A stretch of DNA of 64,000 nucleotides from Octopus vulgaris. Its lineage: Eukaryota. A program made the position numbers and the translations under genes. Shown here in pieces: positions 12,702 through 25,716 of the stretch. The stretch's first letter is position 1. The number at the start of each line of letters is the position of its first letter. Under the pieces are notes generated by a model that searched no databases, was not told the origin of the DNA, and saw nothing but the letters and a program-made list of their open reading frames with translations. The DNA lies in the NCBI GenBank assembly GCA_951406725.2, contig OX597830.1, positions 25,854,001 to 25,918,000 on the forward strand, read 5' to 3'.

Positions 12702-12964
12702 AGAATTGATTAAACGGAACAAAACCATCCATCAAAGATAAAAGTGTATTTTTGAAAAGAATCAAACAAAAAATTAGAAAACATGAAGAAAAAAACCACA
12801 AAAAAACCCTAACAAACTCCCCCCCCCCCCCCCCCCAGCAACCACACCAAATGTTATACACAAACTCAAACAACGGGCACAGACATACACACAAACTTAT
12901 ATATTTACACATACATACATACACAGGCGTGTGCTTGTATATATGTATGTATTTCATCTGCTGC

Positions 12965-13174
12965 TTATTTCATAACTGCGACCATGCTGGAGCACCACCT
13001 TTAGTCGAACAAATCGACCTCAGGGCTTATTCTTTGTAAGCCTAGTACTTATTCTATCGATCTGTTTTGCCGAACCGCTAAGTTACGGTAACGTTAACAC
13101 ACCAGCATGGGTTGTCAAGGAATGGCGATGGTGGTGGTGGTGGAGGTCAAATACAGACACACAAACATATACAT

Positions 13175-13261
<87 letters not shown>

Positions 13262-13314
13262 TATATATGATGGGCTTCTATCAGTTTCCGTCTGCCAAAT
13301 CCACTCACAAGGCT
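12965..13314 (-). mobile_element. SINE S1, head truncated by the adjacent hammerhead element
   Basis: S1 tail, body and internal microsatellite in reverse complement. Confidence 0.85.
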
Positions 13315-13358
13315 TATATATCTGTAAATATAATATGTGACAATTATTCAGTAGCCAT

Positions 13359-13419
13359 GATAAAACACTGAGTTTCGGATGTCGAGGCGGAAATCCGCAT
13401 CGGCATCTCTTCAGTTATC
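13359..13419 (-). ncRNA. Type I hammerhead motif, family B, in a short (TA)n-docked element (~13315-13560)
   Basis: gataa-CTGAAGA-gatgccga[...]tcgacatc-c-GAAA-ctcagtg-TT-ttatc; homologue at 32886-32946(+). Confidence 0.65.
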
Positions 13420-13574
13420 GGGCCATCAAGAGATATAAACGAAAGACCATTTTGCACCAAATGTCTATTTGAGAATTTCTCTCACGGTATCTAACACAGT
13501 ATAGTTTGTTCTAACTGAACATCTACGTTTAAGTGAAGATAAATATTATCTCTCAGTATTTATATATATATATC

Positions 13575-13636
<62 letters not shown>

Positions 13637-13658
13637 TAGTGTATATATATACATATAC

Positions 13659-13729
<71 letters not shown>

Positions 13730-13989
13730 TATATAGTTGAAAAGAGATTAAGAGTCCATACAAATAAAAAATCATGGTTAAAACGGCGAATATATTTGGA
13801 AAGGACACGGAAGAATGTTTTAGAGAAATTTTAATATTTCTGTTACGGTGAGTGATTTGCAATATAACCAGTTCCAATGGATACATAGAAACTGGTAATA
13901 TTTTAAATCAATCACAGTAACAATTATATTGATTGAACACTTTTGAAAATATACTTTTGTGCCTCATCCAAATTTATTTGCTCTCTCAA

Positions 13990-14040
<51 letters not shown>

Positions 14041-14255
14041 ATACACTAAGTACAGGTCATCACTAACGAGTGAAAATACGTAAACACACAAGAGATACGT
14101 ACAGGACAATTACCAAAAGAAGATAACTCGCTTGTCAGTTGTCGACTGTTTTATTACTCACTATTTCGTGCTTTTAAGATAGGAAAATTTCATAAGACTG
14201 CAGTATATATACATATATATCTACATACATATACACACACACACATACGCACACA

Positions 14256-14347
<92 letters not shown>

Positions 14348-14349
<2 letters not shown>

Positions 14350-14583
14350 TGTGTGGTGCATAATTATTGCGGCTTTTTTCAACAAATTTTATTCACGAAA
14401 ACAAGAACAGGATGTAACAAAAACATCTTTGAATGATTATTCCAGACCATATTCACCATCTACTTCAATTACGGCTTCCCATTTGCTTGGCCGGCGGTCA
14501 GACCGTCATTTACAGATGTTCTTGCTAAATATTGTTATTGCTTCCGTTGAAATAAAAACCTGCAATAATTATGCACGAGCCCA

Positions 14584-14584
<1 letters not shown>
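14348..14584 (-). mobile_element. Internally deleted mariner-like element
   Basis: TIR gtgcataattattgc / gcaataattatgcac in a TA context; minus-strand remnant SKWEAVIEVDGEY resembles a mariner transposase C-terminus. Confidence 0.7.
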
Positions 14585-14620
<36 letters not shown>

Positions 14621-14676
14621 TATGGAAAAAAAAAGTCACGATAGAAAATGCTAAATTAATTTTATAAAAAACATTT

Positions 14677-14712
14677 CAGTACCGGTTTCAGACATTGAGC
14701 CTTTTGCAACTG
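14677..14712 (-). ncRNA. Degenerate hammerhead motif, U3:A8-type core
   Basis: cag-TTGCAAA-aggc[tcaat]gtct-GAAA-ccgg-TA-ctg; palindromic helix III accggt; A6 position mutated. Confidence 0.4.
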
Positions 14713-15878
14713 TAACTGTAATTAAATAATTGAATTTAGAAAAATTAAAAGAAAAGTTTTTTTAAAAGAACATTTGCATAGTATTCAAATACAAGTGGTA
14801 TTTTCCTTGTTTCTGCCTGTCTCTGTCTCTCTTGTTTACTCTTGTGGTTTCGAGGTCCTGAATATATATATATATATTCAGTAACGGAGTAAATGTTTAT
14901 ATATATATATATTCAGTAACGGAGTAAATGTATATATATATATATTCAGTAACGGAGTAAAAGTAACGCTAGTGTTGTAAACATTATCGACTGCACATGC
15001 ATTTCCAATCGTGAGTCCATGACTATATAAACCGTGTAAAAAACATTTACTTGTATGCCATGGCGACTCATCTCCGGCTCGATTCAGGGACGTAATGTTG
15101 TTAAACCACAAAAATGGCCGAAATATCGCTATTTATCATTTCTGAATGAGAAAAGAGGCGAGTTATCTCGCCTGTCTATGACTCTCTGTTGCTTTAACAT
15201 ACAGCGTAATGAAGGCGCCGTCCGCTGGGCGCTATACAACAGCGAACCGGTGAACAAAGATACACACACACATATACAAACATACACACACACACAAACA
15301 CACAAACACACACACATACACACACAAACACATAAACGTATATTTATATATAACATAAAGTGGGAGAGGGGTGGAGAGAGGAGTGGAGAGAGGGGCAGAG
15401 AGTAGGAGGGGCTCTAAGGCACCTTCAGGAAGGAAACCAAATTCGAATACTTTGAACGGACAAGGCTTCTTTCAAGGTTTCCCACCTGCAAGTTGGCAGG
15501 TGTTGTACCAGGCAGTAGGCCTTAAACCAGGCGACATTTTAAGTCTACCACTCATGTAGGCCATATTGTTATTTAAACTCAGAACGCTAACAGTCGGAAG
15601 AAATATCGCACGAATGTATATATGTATGTATGTATGTAATAACATAAATAATATATATATATAATCAGGAAACGTGTACAACAAAAAAGAACAAAGCACG
15701 AGTATATGGAACATGAACTATTCTTTCGGTACGTACGTGTGTATGTACATATGTACGTATGTCTGTCTGTCTGTATGTATGTATGTATGTGTGTATGTGT
15801 ATACATATGTGTGTATGTATGTATATATGCTGGCCTGTGTGCATGCACGAACATATGTAAGTATGAATCTGTCTATGC

Positions 15879-16142
<264 letters not shown>

Positions 16143-16509
16143 AATTACATTTGTACAAATACACACACACATGCATATATATATATATACATAATTACGT
16201 ATGTATATGTATATATATGTATATATATATATGGTATATATATATATATATATATATATATGCAATTAAATAGTATATATGTACATTGTACATATATTTA
16301 ATAATAATACAGACGCGCGCCTATGTTTATTATTCCTTCTCAATGTCTCTCTATTGAATTCCGATTAATCACAATTAGCAAGACGATGACAGTCCTCATT
16401 GGCAAGAACACAAGTAACAAACGGTAAACACAAAAGAAAACACAATTAGTCGTTATTGATGATGATTCTCTTTTAGCATTCCACCTATGACCACCACTTC
16501 TGTGTGGCA

Positions 16510-16923
16510 CAGTGGTTTTCAGCCGGGGTCCATAAATTCCCCTGAGTGGGGCATACGACGGTGTGCTGGAAAGTTGTTAGCTTTTTAAGAGTCGCGAAAG
16601 GCCTGGCTGGAGACCCAAACTTGTAAGTTCTTTCACAGGACTTAGAAAAACTGAAAAACCGTTGCAATAAGTGTGTGAATCTGAGAAGGGAATATGTTGG
16701 ATAAAATCATAATTAACTGATTTTACTGTATTTTCTTTTACCTAAAGCCAGGAACTTTTCAGCACCCCTTCGAATAAGATTTTATCGTTAAAATTTATGA
16801 ATAACATTTAATTATGAAAATACAATAAGATTTTTGAAAATAACGACTGGCTATGTAGACCCACCCGAGTAAAATAGAAATAAAAGAGATCCATAAGAAA
16901 AAAGAAATGTTTGAGAACTGCTA
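16510..16923. mobile_element. Degenerate hAT/Charlie-like MITE containing a mariner 3' end (~16625-16772)
   Basis: Ends cagtggttttca... / ...tttgagaactgcta; insert translates LEKLKNRCNKCVNLRREYV (mariner C-terminus-like). Confidence 0.45.
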
Positions 16924-16952
16924 GTCTAGATCTACATTATTTAATTTCTCCA

Positions 16953-17357
16953 AAGTGGCGAGCTGGCAGAATCGTCTGCACGCCGGGTGAAATGCTCAGC
17001 GGTATTTCGTCTGCCGTTACGTTCTGAGTTCAAATTCCGCCGAGGTCGACTTTGCCTTTCATCCTTTCGGGGTCGATACATTAAGCACCAGTTACGCACT
17101 GTGGTCGATATAATCGACTTAATCCGTTTGTCTGTCCTTGTTTGTCCTCTCTGTGTTTAGCCCCTTGTGGGTAGTAAAGAAATAGGTATTTCGTCTGTTG
17201 CTGTGTTCTGAGTTCAAATTCCGCCGAGGTCAACTTTGCCTTTCATCTTTTTGGGGACGATGAAATAAGTACCAGTTACGCTCTGGGGTCGATGTAAATG
17301 ACTAGCCCCCTTTCCCCAAAAGATTTTCAAGGCCTTGTACCCAGAGCAGAAATAATT
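16953..17357 (+). mobile_element. SINE S2, dimeric form
   Basis: Head plus two core copies separated by the tgtccttgtttgtcc...aaagaaatagg module. Confidence 0.85.
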
Positions 17358-17660
17358 ATTTAATTTCTCCTATCTTTAAAATACAAAAATGCTAGCTGTG
17401 ATGTAATGGCTGATTTTTAACTGGAGAAGCGATGAATATAGAGGCTTTCTTCTTGGCGCAGCTAGAAAACCGAATATAATGATATGGTGTGTTATATAGA
17501 ATGAAGTAGAGGATCTTAATATTAAAGGCTGGGCTCTTAGTCGGAGGAGAAACAAATAAATTCTTATATTTGACAAGTTATCTTCCGCTCGAATCCTTTG
17601 TCTCTTTAGTTCTGGGTTGCAACCATAATCTTATCTGTGTGGGTGTGGACGTGAGTGTGC

Positions 17661-17698
<38 letters not shown>

Positions 17699-18321
17699 GT
17701 GGACGTGAGTGTGCTTGTGTGTGTGTGTGTGTGTGTGCGCGTGTGGACGTGAGTGTGCTTGTGTGTGTGTGTGTGGGTGCGCGTGGTTGTGTGTCTGTGT
17801 ATGTGTGTGTATATTTGCATGTGTTTGTTTGTTTGTTTGTTTGAGTGCGGGCTTGTGTGTGCGTCTGTGTTTGCGCATGTAGTTGTTTATGTACGTGACC
17901 GTACTAGTGTGTGTGTGTGTATGTATGTGTGTCTTCACGTGCGTGCGTGTTTGCTGTCGTGTGTATTTGCTTGTGTGTGTCTGTGTTTGTGTCAGTGCGA
18001 GTTTGTGTATGCTTTTGTGAGTGTGTGAGTGTATATGTGTGTTTGTGTTTGCGAATGTATTTGTGTACGCGCGTGTGTGTGTCTGTGTGTATATATCAGT
18101 TAAGACAAGCGAGATATGCATTTAATTCATCGCTTTCCCCTCCAATGACATGGACAAACCATGACAAGCGAAAGGCGGTGTAATGGGTGGTGCTTGTGGC
18201 GGCAAGGAAACTATAACCGAAGGAAACTATTATGATCAGCAGAATTGGGTAGTGACAGAGGTGATTGATAGAGATCCTCCAGAATTTTTGGCCTTATGCC
18301 AAAATTTGAAATCATTATTAT

Positions 18322-18500
18322 AGGGCACCCATATTTTATGGGCAACTCTCGAACGTCTCTTCCCTATTGACGATTATCCATTTAAATTTTTTCCTCATTA
18401 TATTAAACTTGTTTACATCCTAAAACCGTCATAACGACACACACACATTCTTTGTTTTGTCCTGCACTGTCTATAGTATTTTTAATGTAAACCCTTTGTT
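18322..18500 (+). mobile_element. 3' UTR fragment related to the end of the 19.5-22.2 kb Tx1-like element
   Basis: Similar to 22040-22235 (attaaac.tgtttaca, acacacacattc, tgtaaa.cctttgt); (ATT)n flanks. Confidence 0.5.
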
Positions 18501-18552
18501 ATAATTATTATTATTGTTGTTGTTGTTGTTCTTGTTGTTGTTATTATTATTA

Positions 18553-19122
18553 TTGAATGAGAGAGTAGTGCATGCTATCAAAGTGACATTGGAATAAAAT
18601 ATACGAAGCCCAGTATACCAATCATGACTACCCATTGGAAAAGGGTTCACTAGGCACATGCATCACATCCCATCAGTATGTGCGCGACATAATGATCTCA
18701 TATCAATATAAACAGCGCATGACCTTGCAGGTGGGCCCAGTTAGAATTTTCTTCAGGTTGATTAGCTCATCCCGCTCAAAAGATTCCTGAATAAAGGTTG
18801 TTTAAAGATGTTGAACAAAACACCATGTTTCCAGATGTAAATTATCCAAACCCCAAAGAATTCCTTTCAAAACATGCCTATGATGCTCCCCAACTATTTC
18901 TGCTCGTGATCAGAGATGCACATATCGTCAGCCATTAAGGGACATGCTCAACTGGTTAAGGTCAAGGAACTGACACGCAAATCTGGGGTATTGAGCAGAA
19001 TATTTGCTGTAGCCCATCTTTTATACCAAGACAAAACAAGACAAAACAATGTACATAATAACGCTTCCAATCAGTTAAGATCAGGAACCACGAAAACCAC
19101 AGCCTGGTACTGCATCAGAGCA
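18553..19122 (-). mobile_element. Non-coding element embedded in (TAA)n; internally deleted copy at 22249-22362
   Basis: Both copies share the ends tga.tgagagag.agtgcat and ccaatcag.taagatcag...ctggtactgcatcag; (ATT)n on both sides. Orientation is inferred from the tail. Confidence 0.65.
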
Positions 19123-19182
<60 letters not shown>

Positions 19183-19184
<2 letters not shown>

Positions 19185-19397
19185 GGCGGTCAGCTGGCAA
19201 AATTGTTAGTATGCTGGACGAAATGCGTAGCGGCTTTTCGCCCGTCGTTACGTTCTGAGTTCAAATTCCGCCGAGGTCGACTTTGCCTTTCATCCTTTCA
19301 GAGTCGATAAAGTAAGTGCTGTGAAACACTGGGGTCAATGTATTCGACTAGTCCCCTCCCCACAAATTTCAAGCCTTGTGCCTTTAGTAGAAAGGAT
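19183..19397 (+). mobile_element. SINE S2 within (ATT)n
   Basis: Complete S2 monomer. Confidence 0.85.
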
Positions 19398-19405
19398 TAT
19401 TATCA

Positions 19406-19466
<61 letters not shown>

Positions 19467-22238
19467 GGCTGTCAGCTTGGCAAGCCACGCTTGATCTAGC
19501 TCCGTGGATTTTATAAACAATAGGTTTTTATGTACATTTCTGGAATTTGTATTACCGTGGACAACAAGTTAATTGCTGTCGACTGTTGGATTTCTTCTCG
19601 TATGTTGTCTCGCAGTCTTGGAGGAGAACATACGATTTAATTTTTTTGTTTGCATTGTAAAAGTTTTTCGTTTTCTGTCCATCCATGGAGTAAACTTCTC
19701 TGGATCACTAACGCTCCAATTTATAAGAAAGTGTGTGTGTGTGTGTGTGTGGGGGGGCAGATTGAGGAGCGTCACCAGATCGTAATAAATGAGGAGGTGT
19801 GCGCGATGCGCTATGTCGCTCCATCTGGGAAAACAGACAAGTCAGTTTTTAACAGGAGTGCAGTTCGTTTTTAACAGAAATCAAGTTGAAATTATTGATA
19901 AAGAAGATTATTGATTAAGCAGACATTTCAAGAAAGACCTCTGCCACCAACAACAACTCCAACAAAAATAACAACACTCTTTTTTCAAGTACAACAGACG
20001 AGAAAAAGTGTAGAGACAAATAACAACACCGGCGATGAACAAAATGTACACTATTCGAAGCCTTTCGTGTGTGACTTGACAGACAATATCGAAGACTATG
20101 TTTCGACGCAAAAGGAAACAACATCGGCGACGACGACGGCAACGAAGAACTGACGAGCATGCCAGTACAAGTGCCATTAAAACCACCAGTATATCTTTCG
20201 CTAGTGTCATCCAGTCCTCTCTTCGAATACTAAAGTTCTCCGAGGAAGAGATTACAGTCGAATGAAATGGTCTAACTGTCAAACTCAACATCCCAGTAGA
20301 CACGATTCAAAATAGGATACGTCGCACAGTGACGTGCCGTACAATTGAATTGAAATCGAAAAGGATGGAAAGAGCCACCGAGGCTCAAATTCGAAAGGCA
20401 TTAGGTTCCGTTTGGAACCTAAAAAAATATATGCAAAATGGAAGAGGTTATGGAACGGTGGAAGTGAGATTTCAGGCACAGGAAGAAGCGAAAACTCATT
20501 CGCTAAAATCTCTGAAAAGCGAGGATCTCTTGTCAGTTCCTTATTACTCCGGCCAGAGACTGCCAAGGATTCACATCCAGCAGGTGCTGCTGGAAATAGC
20601 AATTCCTTAACTAATTGCTGCGGTCACGATAAACATCGAGGAAGACATAAAAAATCCTCGAAGTCTATCAGACCAAAATACAGAACTGGTCGGGAATGGG
20701 AGCAGAACTCCTCATCCAAACCAATCAGAAAAATGTAGATATCATCCCAAATACGTCTTTCATGTGGCATCATCATACTAGTTAGAGTGAAAAGAATGAA
20801 GGCAAAGTGTCACATCTGACTTTCGACCACTCATCTAAGAGCCTTCTCCCCTCAACTGAAGGAGTAAGAGAGGAGATCCTCTCTTCTTTCAGTATCAAAC
20901 AGTCCACCAACAGTCACCAAAGTCCAAAAAAGCAACGACAGCACCATCACCAACAATTCAAATTGCTGCATCAACAGAAACAGCAAAACTTCCAGCGGCA
21001 ACAACAATAACAACAACAACAGCAGCAGCAGCAACTATGAAAGCACCAATTCTCACCATACGAACAATAGATTCCTCCAGTCACTTCTCAACTCCTGTAC
21101 AAGACATGCCATTTCCCGTTTCCGTGCGGTCAGACATGACGTGAGGCGAGTCTGATCAGGAGGTAGAGTGGAAGACAAAAACTAAAAGGAGAAAAGACAG
21201 GAAGGAAAACAAATCAACAACTGACAAAGAGCAAACTTCATCCACACAAAAAGTGAAATGGAAAGAAAATGAAAGCCGCAAGGCAAAAATACAGCAAATT
21301 CATTCTACATTACCACCATTGTCATAAACACCTGAAACACCACCACAACCACCAACACCACAAAAACAACGCATCCCACATACACAACAACAATCTCAAC
21401 AAAAACAAACATCAGCAACTTCAACAACAACAACAACAAACACAAAGTAAAGACAGTACCATTACATACTACATGGCAATAAACACAAAAGACGCAGTTT
21501 TCATGAATTACATAAAAACACACACCAACATAACACAAGCATATTTTATAACACCCATAATTTCTTTACTTAGACACAAACAAATTACTCGAACAACACA
21601 AAACACATATACGAACCAACGGAAATCGGTGACTTTAGAGGGAATATCACCAAATGAATACCTAGTGTTCTGTTGGTGGAAACACCCCAATCAAACCGGA
21701 GGGACGGACAAACTGCATCTCCAAAGAAAACCAAGTGAGCTTTCCATTTCACACTTATTTTTATCTCAATAATGTTGGACTTGTTCAGAATAGGCAGTGT
21801 GAATGCACGCGACCCCCGGCCACGTGCATTCACACTAAACGTTGATGAGGTGGCTATTAGTGAGACCAGAATTTCTGAGCCACAAGACTTCGAGCCCGAG
21901 GCATCCAGGAGTAGGAAGTATTAGTCGCTGTGTTGTTTCGGAAGAACCTGGATCCCGCGAGCATTTCCTGTAAAACGGAGATAAGAAACTGAGAATATGC
22001 ACCCGCCCTAGTAGTCAGGGCAGCCGTCGTTTCACGGAGTTTTTCTATGAGCAGCCTCGGCTTCTCCTACATATTGAGGATTACACATTGTTATGTATTT
22101 TTTTACATTAAACCTGTTTACACACCAAACCCTCTCAACAACACAATTACACACACATGAACACACACATTCAGTGTGTTGTTATGTGCTGTTCATAATG
22201 TTTTTCCTGGTGTAAATCCTTTGTGATGACTAAAGAAA
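19467..22238 (+). mobile_element. Tx1/L1-like element: decayed ORF1 plus only the first part of the APE endonuclease, then 3' UTR
   Basis: ORF1 20329..20610 (G.GYGTVEVRF...VPYYSGQRL), degenerate knuckle KCHI*LSTTHLRAFSP near 20805, ORF2 start MLDLFRIGSVNAR...DEVAISETR at 21772, no RT; (ATT)n flanks. Confidence 0.7.
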
Positions 22239-22364
22239 TTATTATTATTGAGTGAGAGAGCAGTGCATACCATCAATACTATACAATGTACATGATAACA
22301 CTTCCAATCAGCTAAGATCAGAAGCCATGAGAGTCAGCGTCTGGTACTGCATCAGTGCATAAGA

Positions 22365-22450
<86 letters not shown>

Positions 22451-22507
22451 CATTATTATTATTATTATTATTATCATTATTATTATTATTATCATTATTA
22501 TTATTAT

Positions 22508-22899
22508 TTTTCCTTCTTTCTTCAAATTTTCTTCCGTTTCTCGCCGAGTGTTTTCCGTACACCTAGGGAAGTGAAGTCCATTGTATGCATTCACAGATTA
22601 CACACGCAAATTCACAGGTAAAATATGTATTTAAAAAATTAATAAATAAATAAATTCATGAATGGAGGTTGTTTTCACAGCGATAATGCTCTTCTTAGTA
22701 CATGAGCCGTTCCAGTTAACACGATTTTTTGCATTTCCTGTAGGGATGGTAAGCCTGGTATCATTTCCAAATAGGTTTCAGTACCTTTTTTTATCATTCC
22801 TAGAGCTCCTACAATCACTGGTTCTGTAGTCGCCTTGAGATGCCACATTTTTTCAATTTCTATCAGCAAGTCTTTATATTTATTGATCTTGTCAAATTC

Positions 22900-22900
<1 letters not shown>
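22508..22900 (-). mobile_element. R4/Dong-like 3' fragment
   Basis: KYKDLLIEIEKMWHL...PVIVGALG...GTAHVLRRALSL; (ATT)n flanks. Confidence 0.88.
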
Positions 22901-22971
<71 letters not shown>

Positions 22972-22974
22972 AAT

Positions 22975-23635
22975 TTTTTCTTCTTACAATTTTGTTTCAA
23001 TTTATTGCCAAGTGTCTCCCCAACACCTAGAGCAAAGAAACTCACTGTATACATTGGTGGGCCATGAAAATAAACACATCAGATTGTTCATTTACAAAGT
23101 CATGTGATAGAAAAGAGATGAAAGACAGAGGCAAGAAGAAAAAATAAAAGAAAAAAGATGAAAAACAGGAAACGAAGAAAATAAGGGGACAAAAAAAGGA
23201 AAGGAAATTCACAGCGATGATACAAGTGACGTATCTGTTAAAACAATCTTTTGTTCTTCCTGCATGGGTGGTAAGCCAGGGATCATCTTCAAATAATTTT
23301 CAGTTCCTTTTCTGATGATTTCAAGTGCTCCTATAATCACTGGTTTTGTAGCCGTCTTGAGATGCCACATCTTTTCGATTTCAGTCAGCAAATCTTTATA
23401 GCTTATCAATTTTCTGAGCTTATCAAATTCTTTTGCTGAGATATTATGATCACAAGGTATGCTCATGTCAATCAATAAACAGATTTTATTGTTTTGGTCT
23501 TTCATGACTCTCTCTGGTTTATTAACTTTGATAGACCGGTCTGTACATACTGGAAAGTCTCAAAGAATCGTTACATTTTCCCACTCAGTTACAACCTCAG
23601 GGTGATACTTGTACCATTTGTCAGCAGTTTTGATT

Positions 23636-23638
<3 letters not shown>
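22975..23638 (-). mobile_element. R4/Dong-like 3' fragment
   Basis: ICLLIDMSIPCD...KDLLTEIEKMWHL...PVIIGAL in ORF 23209..23505. Confidence 0.85.
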
Positions 23639-23688
<50 letters not shown>

Positions 23689-23689
23689 T

Positions 23690-25716
23690 TCTACTTTTAA
23701 TCTGCATGTTTGTTAGAATCACTCACGGAGACACACCCAACGTCCTAGGGTGAGTGAAGGATAAGAGATGTTACAACATGACTGAAAACTTCGAGAGAGC
23801 AAATGATAAGGGTTGTAGTGAAATATCTTCATGTAGCGAAATACCTACATTTAAATTGATAAGGTTTTTCTAAGGTTGTGGGCAGTACTTGTCAGCAAAA
23901 TCTTTTGGATTTCTCTGAGACATGGTTCTCCTGGGATATAATCTAGATGTTTCTGACATCCATTTCTTATGATACCAAGGGCACCCACAATAACAGGAAC
24001 AGTTCTCGCTTTAAGATGCCACATCATTTGTGTTTCAATTACCAGGTCCTTAAATTTACTTAATTTGTCAAATTCCTTTACAGATATATTTTATCAGTAG
24101 GATCACTTACATCTATTAGTCTACAAGCATTTTCTTCCTTATCTTTAATGACTATGTCTGGTCGAATAGCCTGCATCGTTTTGTTGGTGTTGACTAGAAA
24201 ATCCCAGAGGATAGCGACGTTTTTACCTTTAACGAGTGGCTCAAGATGATATTCACACCAGTAAGCAGGAGTGCTGATCTTGTAGTGTTTACGTATTTTC
24301 CAATGTAAATACTGTCCTACCCTATCGTGGCGAATTTTGTATTCGTTTGGTGTCAGCAGAGGACAACCTGAGACGTGATGGTCTATTGCTTCATCAAATT
24401 TATCGTAGAATCTGCATTTAGGGCTAGAGCCATTCTGTAGAACGTTAGCCAGGTAGTTTTTTTGTAAGCAAGCTTTGATCTTGTGCCGCCAATATGAAAC
24501 CTTCAGTCTCTGCTTTCAGTCCTAAGCTTCTCAGCCACTGATGGGTTGTTGCTTGGTCGACATTAGCTTTTCGGCTTCGAAGTATATACTGTCCATTCAG
24601 AGGCTTCTGGTACCACCGCTCCTCAATTTGTTTCTATCCGTTCTTTTTTGCAGTCTGTTAGATACGTTTTGCTATTTTCGTGGCAGTGGTTTCAGGTTCT
24701 TCATTTAATTCAGGGTTAATGCCAAGTTCACTTGCAAATTTGCAAGCTTCCTTGACAATCAAATGTGATTTTTTGCTACTTTCGTATTTGCACACAAGCC
24801 GCAGCATCCAGTCCACTGTGCCACATAAGTGCTTGTTCATTACTATTGTGGAGGTCTTATAGCACAGTTCTACCTGCATCATTCCTCTTCTCCCATTACT
24901 TCTAGACAGACAATCAACGTCTGCTTCTGGGTGGTGCTATTTCTTAGATGTTAGTAGTTTTCTTGTCTTCCTATCCAGGCGTTGGAGTTTTGTAATATCC
25001 CAGTTAATGATGTTAAAACTCTGTTGGACTACTGGAAGTGCCAGGTTGTTAATGGCTTCGATGCAATTTTTGGAGTTGTGTTCGGTTTTTAGTATGGGTA
25101 TTATTCTCCCGTAAACCTCCTTTCTTATTTTTTCCTTTATAGTAGCATGTTGTGGAGACATAATGGCCCAGTATTTAGGGCATCGAACTCGCGGTCGTGG
25201 GATCGCGGTTTCGATCCCCAGACCGGCCGTTGTGAGTGCGAAAACACCTAAAGATCCACGAGGCAGGGGATGGTGGCGAACCCTGCTGTACTCTTTCATC
25301 ACAACTTTCTCTCACTCTTTCTTCCTGTTTCTGTTGTACCTTTATTTCAAAAGGCCAGCGTTGTCAGAATCTGTGTCACACTGAATCTCCCCGAGAACTA
25401 CATTAAAGGTTCACGTGTCTGTGGAGTGCTCAGTCACTTGCACATTAATTTCATGAGCAGACTGTTCTGTTGATCGGATCAACTGGAACCCTCGTCGTCG
25501 TAACCGACGGAGTGCCACAACAGTAGCATGTTGTATACCATCTCCTTCGTTTATCCTCAGGTATTTATACCTTCTTTGTGGGTCAAGCTCCTTGATGGTA
25601 GTGTCAGTATCCAATTTAATGGAAGCTGTTTGCTTGAGCTTTCCTCTTACAAAAGCTGCTCTGGTACGCTTACCAAGGCCAAAATCTATTCCGATGTCAT
25701 TGCTGAAATCTCATTA
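23690..25716 (-). mobile_element. R4/Dong-like element, RT C-terminus to 3' end, interrupted by SINE S3
   Basis: YKYL.INEGDGIQHAT|IKEKIRKE, AINNLALPV, LDRKTRKLLT, LKAETEGFILAAQDQ, RHD, RPDI motifs on the minus strand. Confidence 0.9.
25154..25521 (+). mobile_element. tRNA-derived SINE, family S3, full length
   Basis: 13 bp TSD agtagcatgttgt (25141-25153 and 25522-25534); A-box tggcccagt, B-box gtttcgatccc. Confidence 0.92.

Noticed and set aside
13835-13905. gaaactggta-atatt as a hammerhead 3' half
   Set aside because: The 5' core and stem II could not be assigned, so it was left out of the count.
14876-14961. Three copies of ttcagtaacggagtaaa as a CRISPR-like array
   Set aside because: The spacers are only (TA)n; this is a slippage tandem duplication in eukaryotic DNA.
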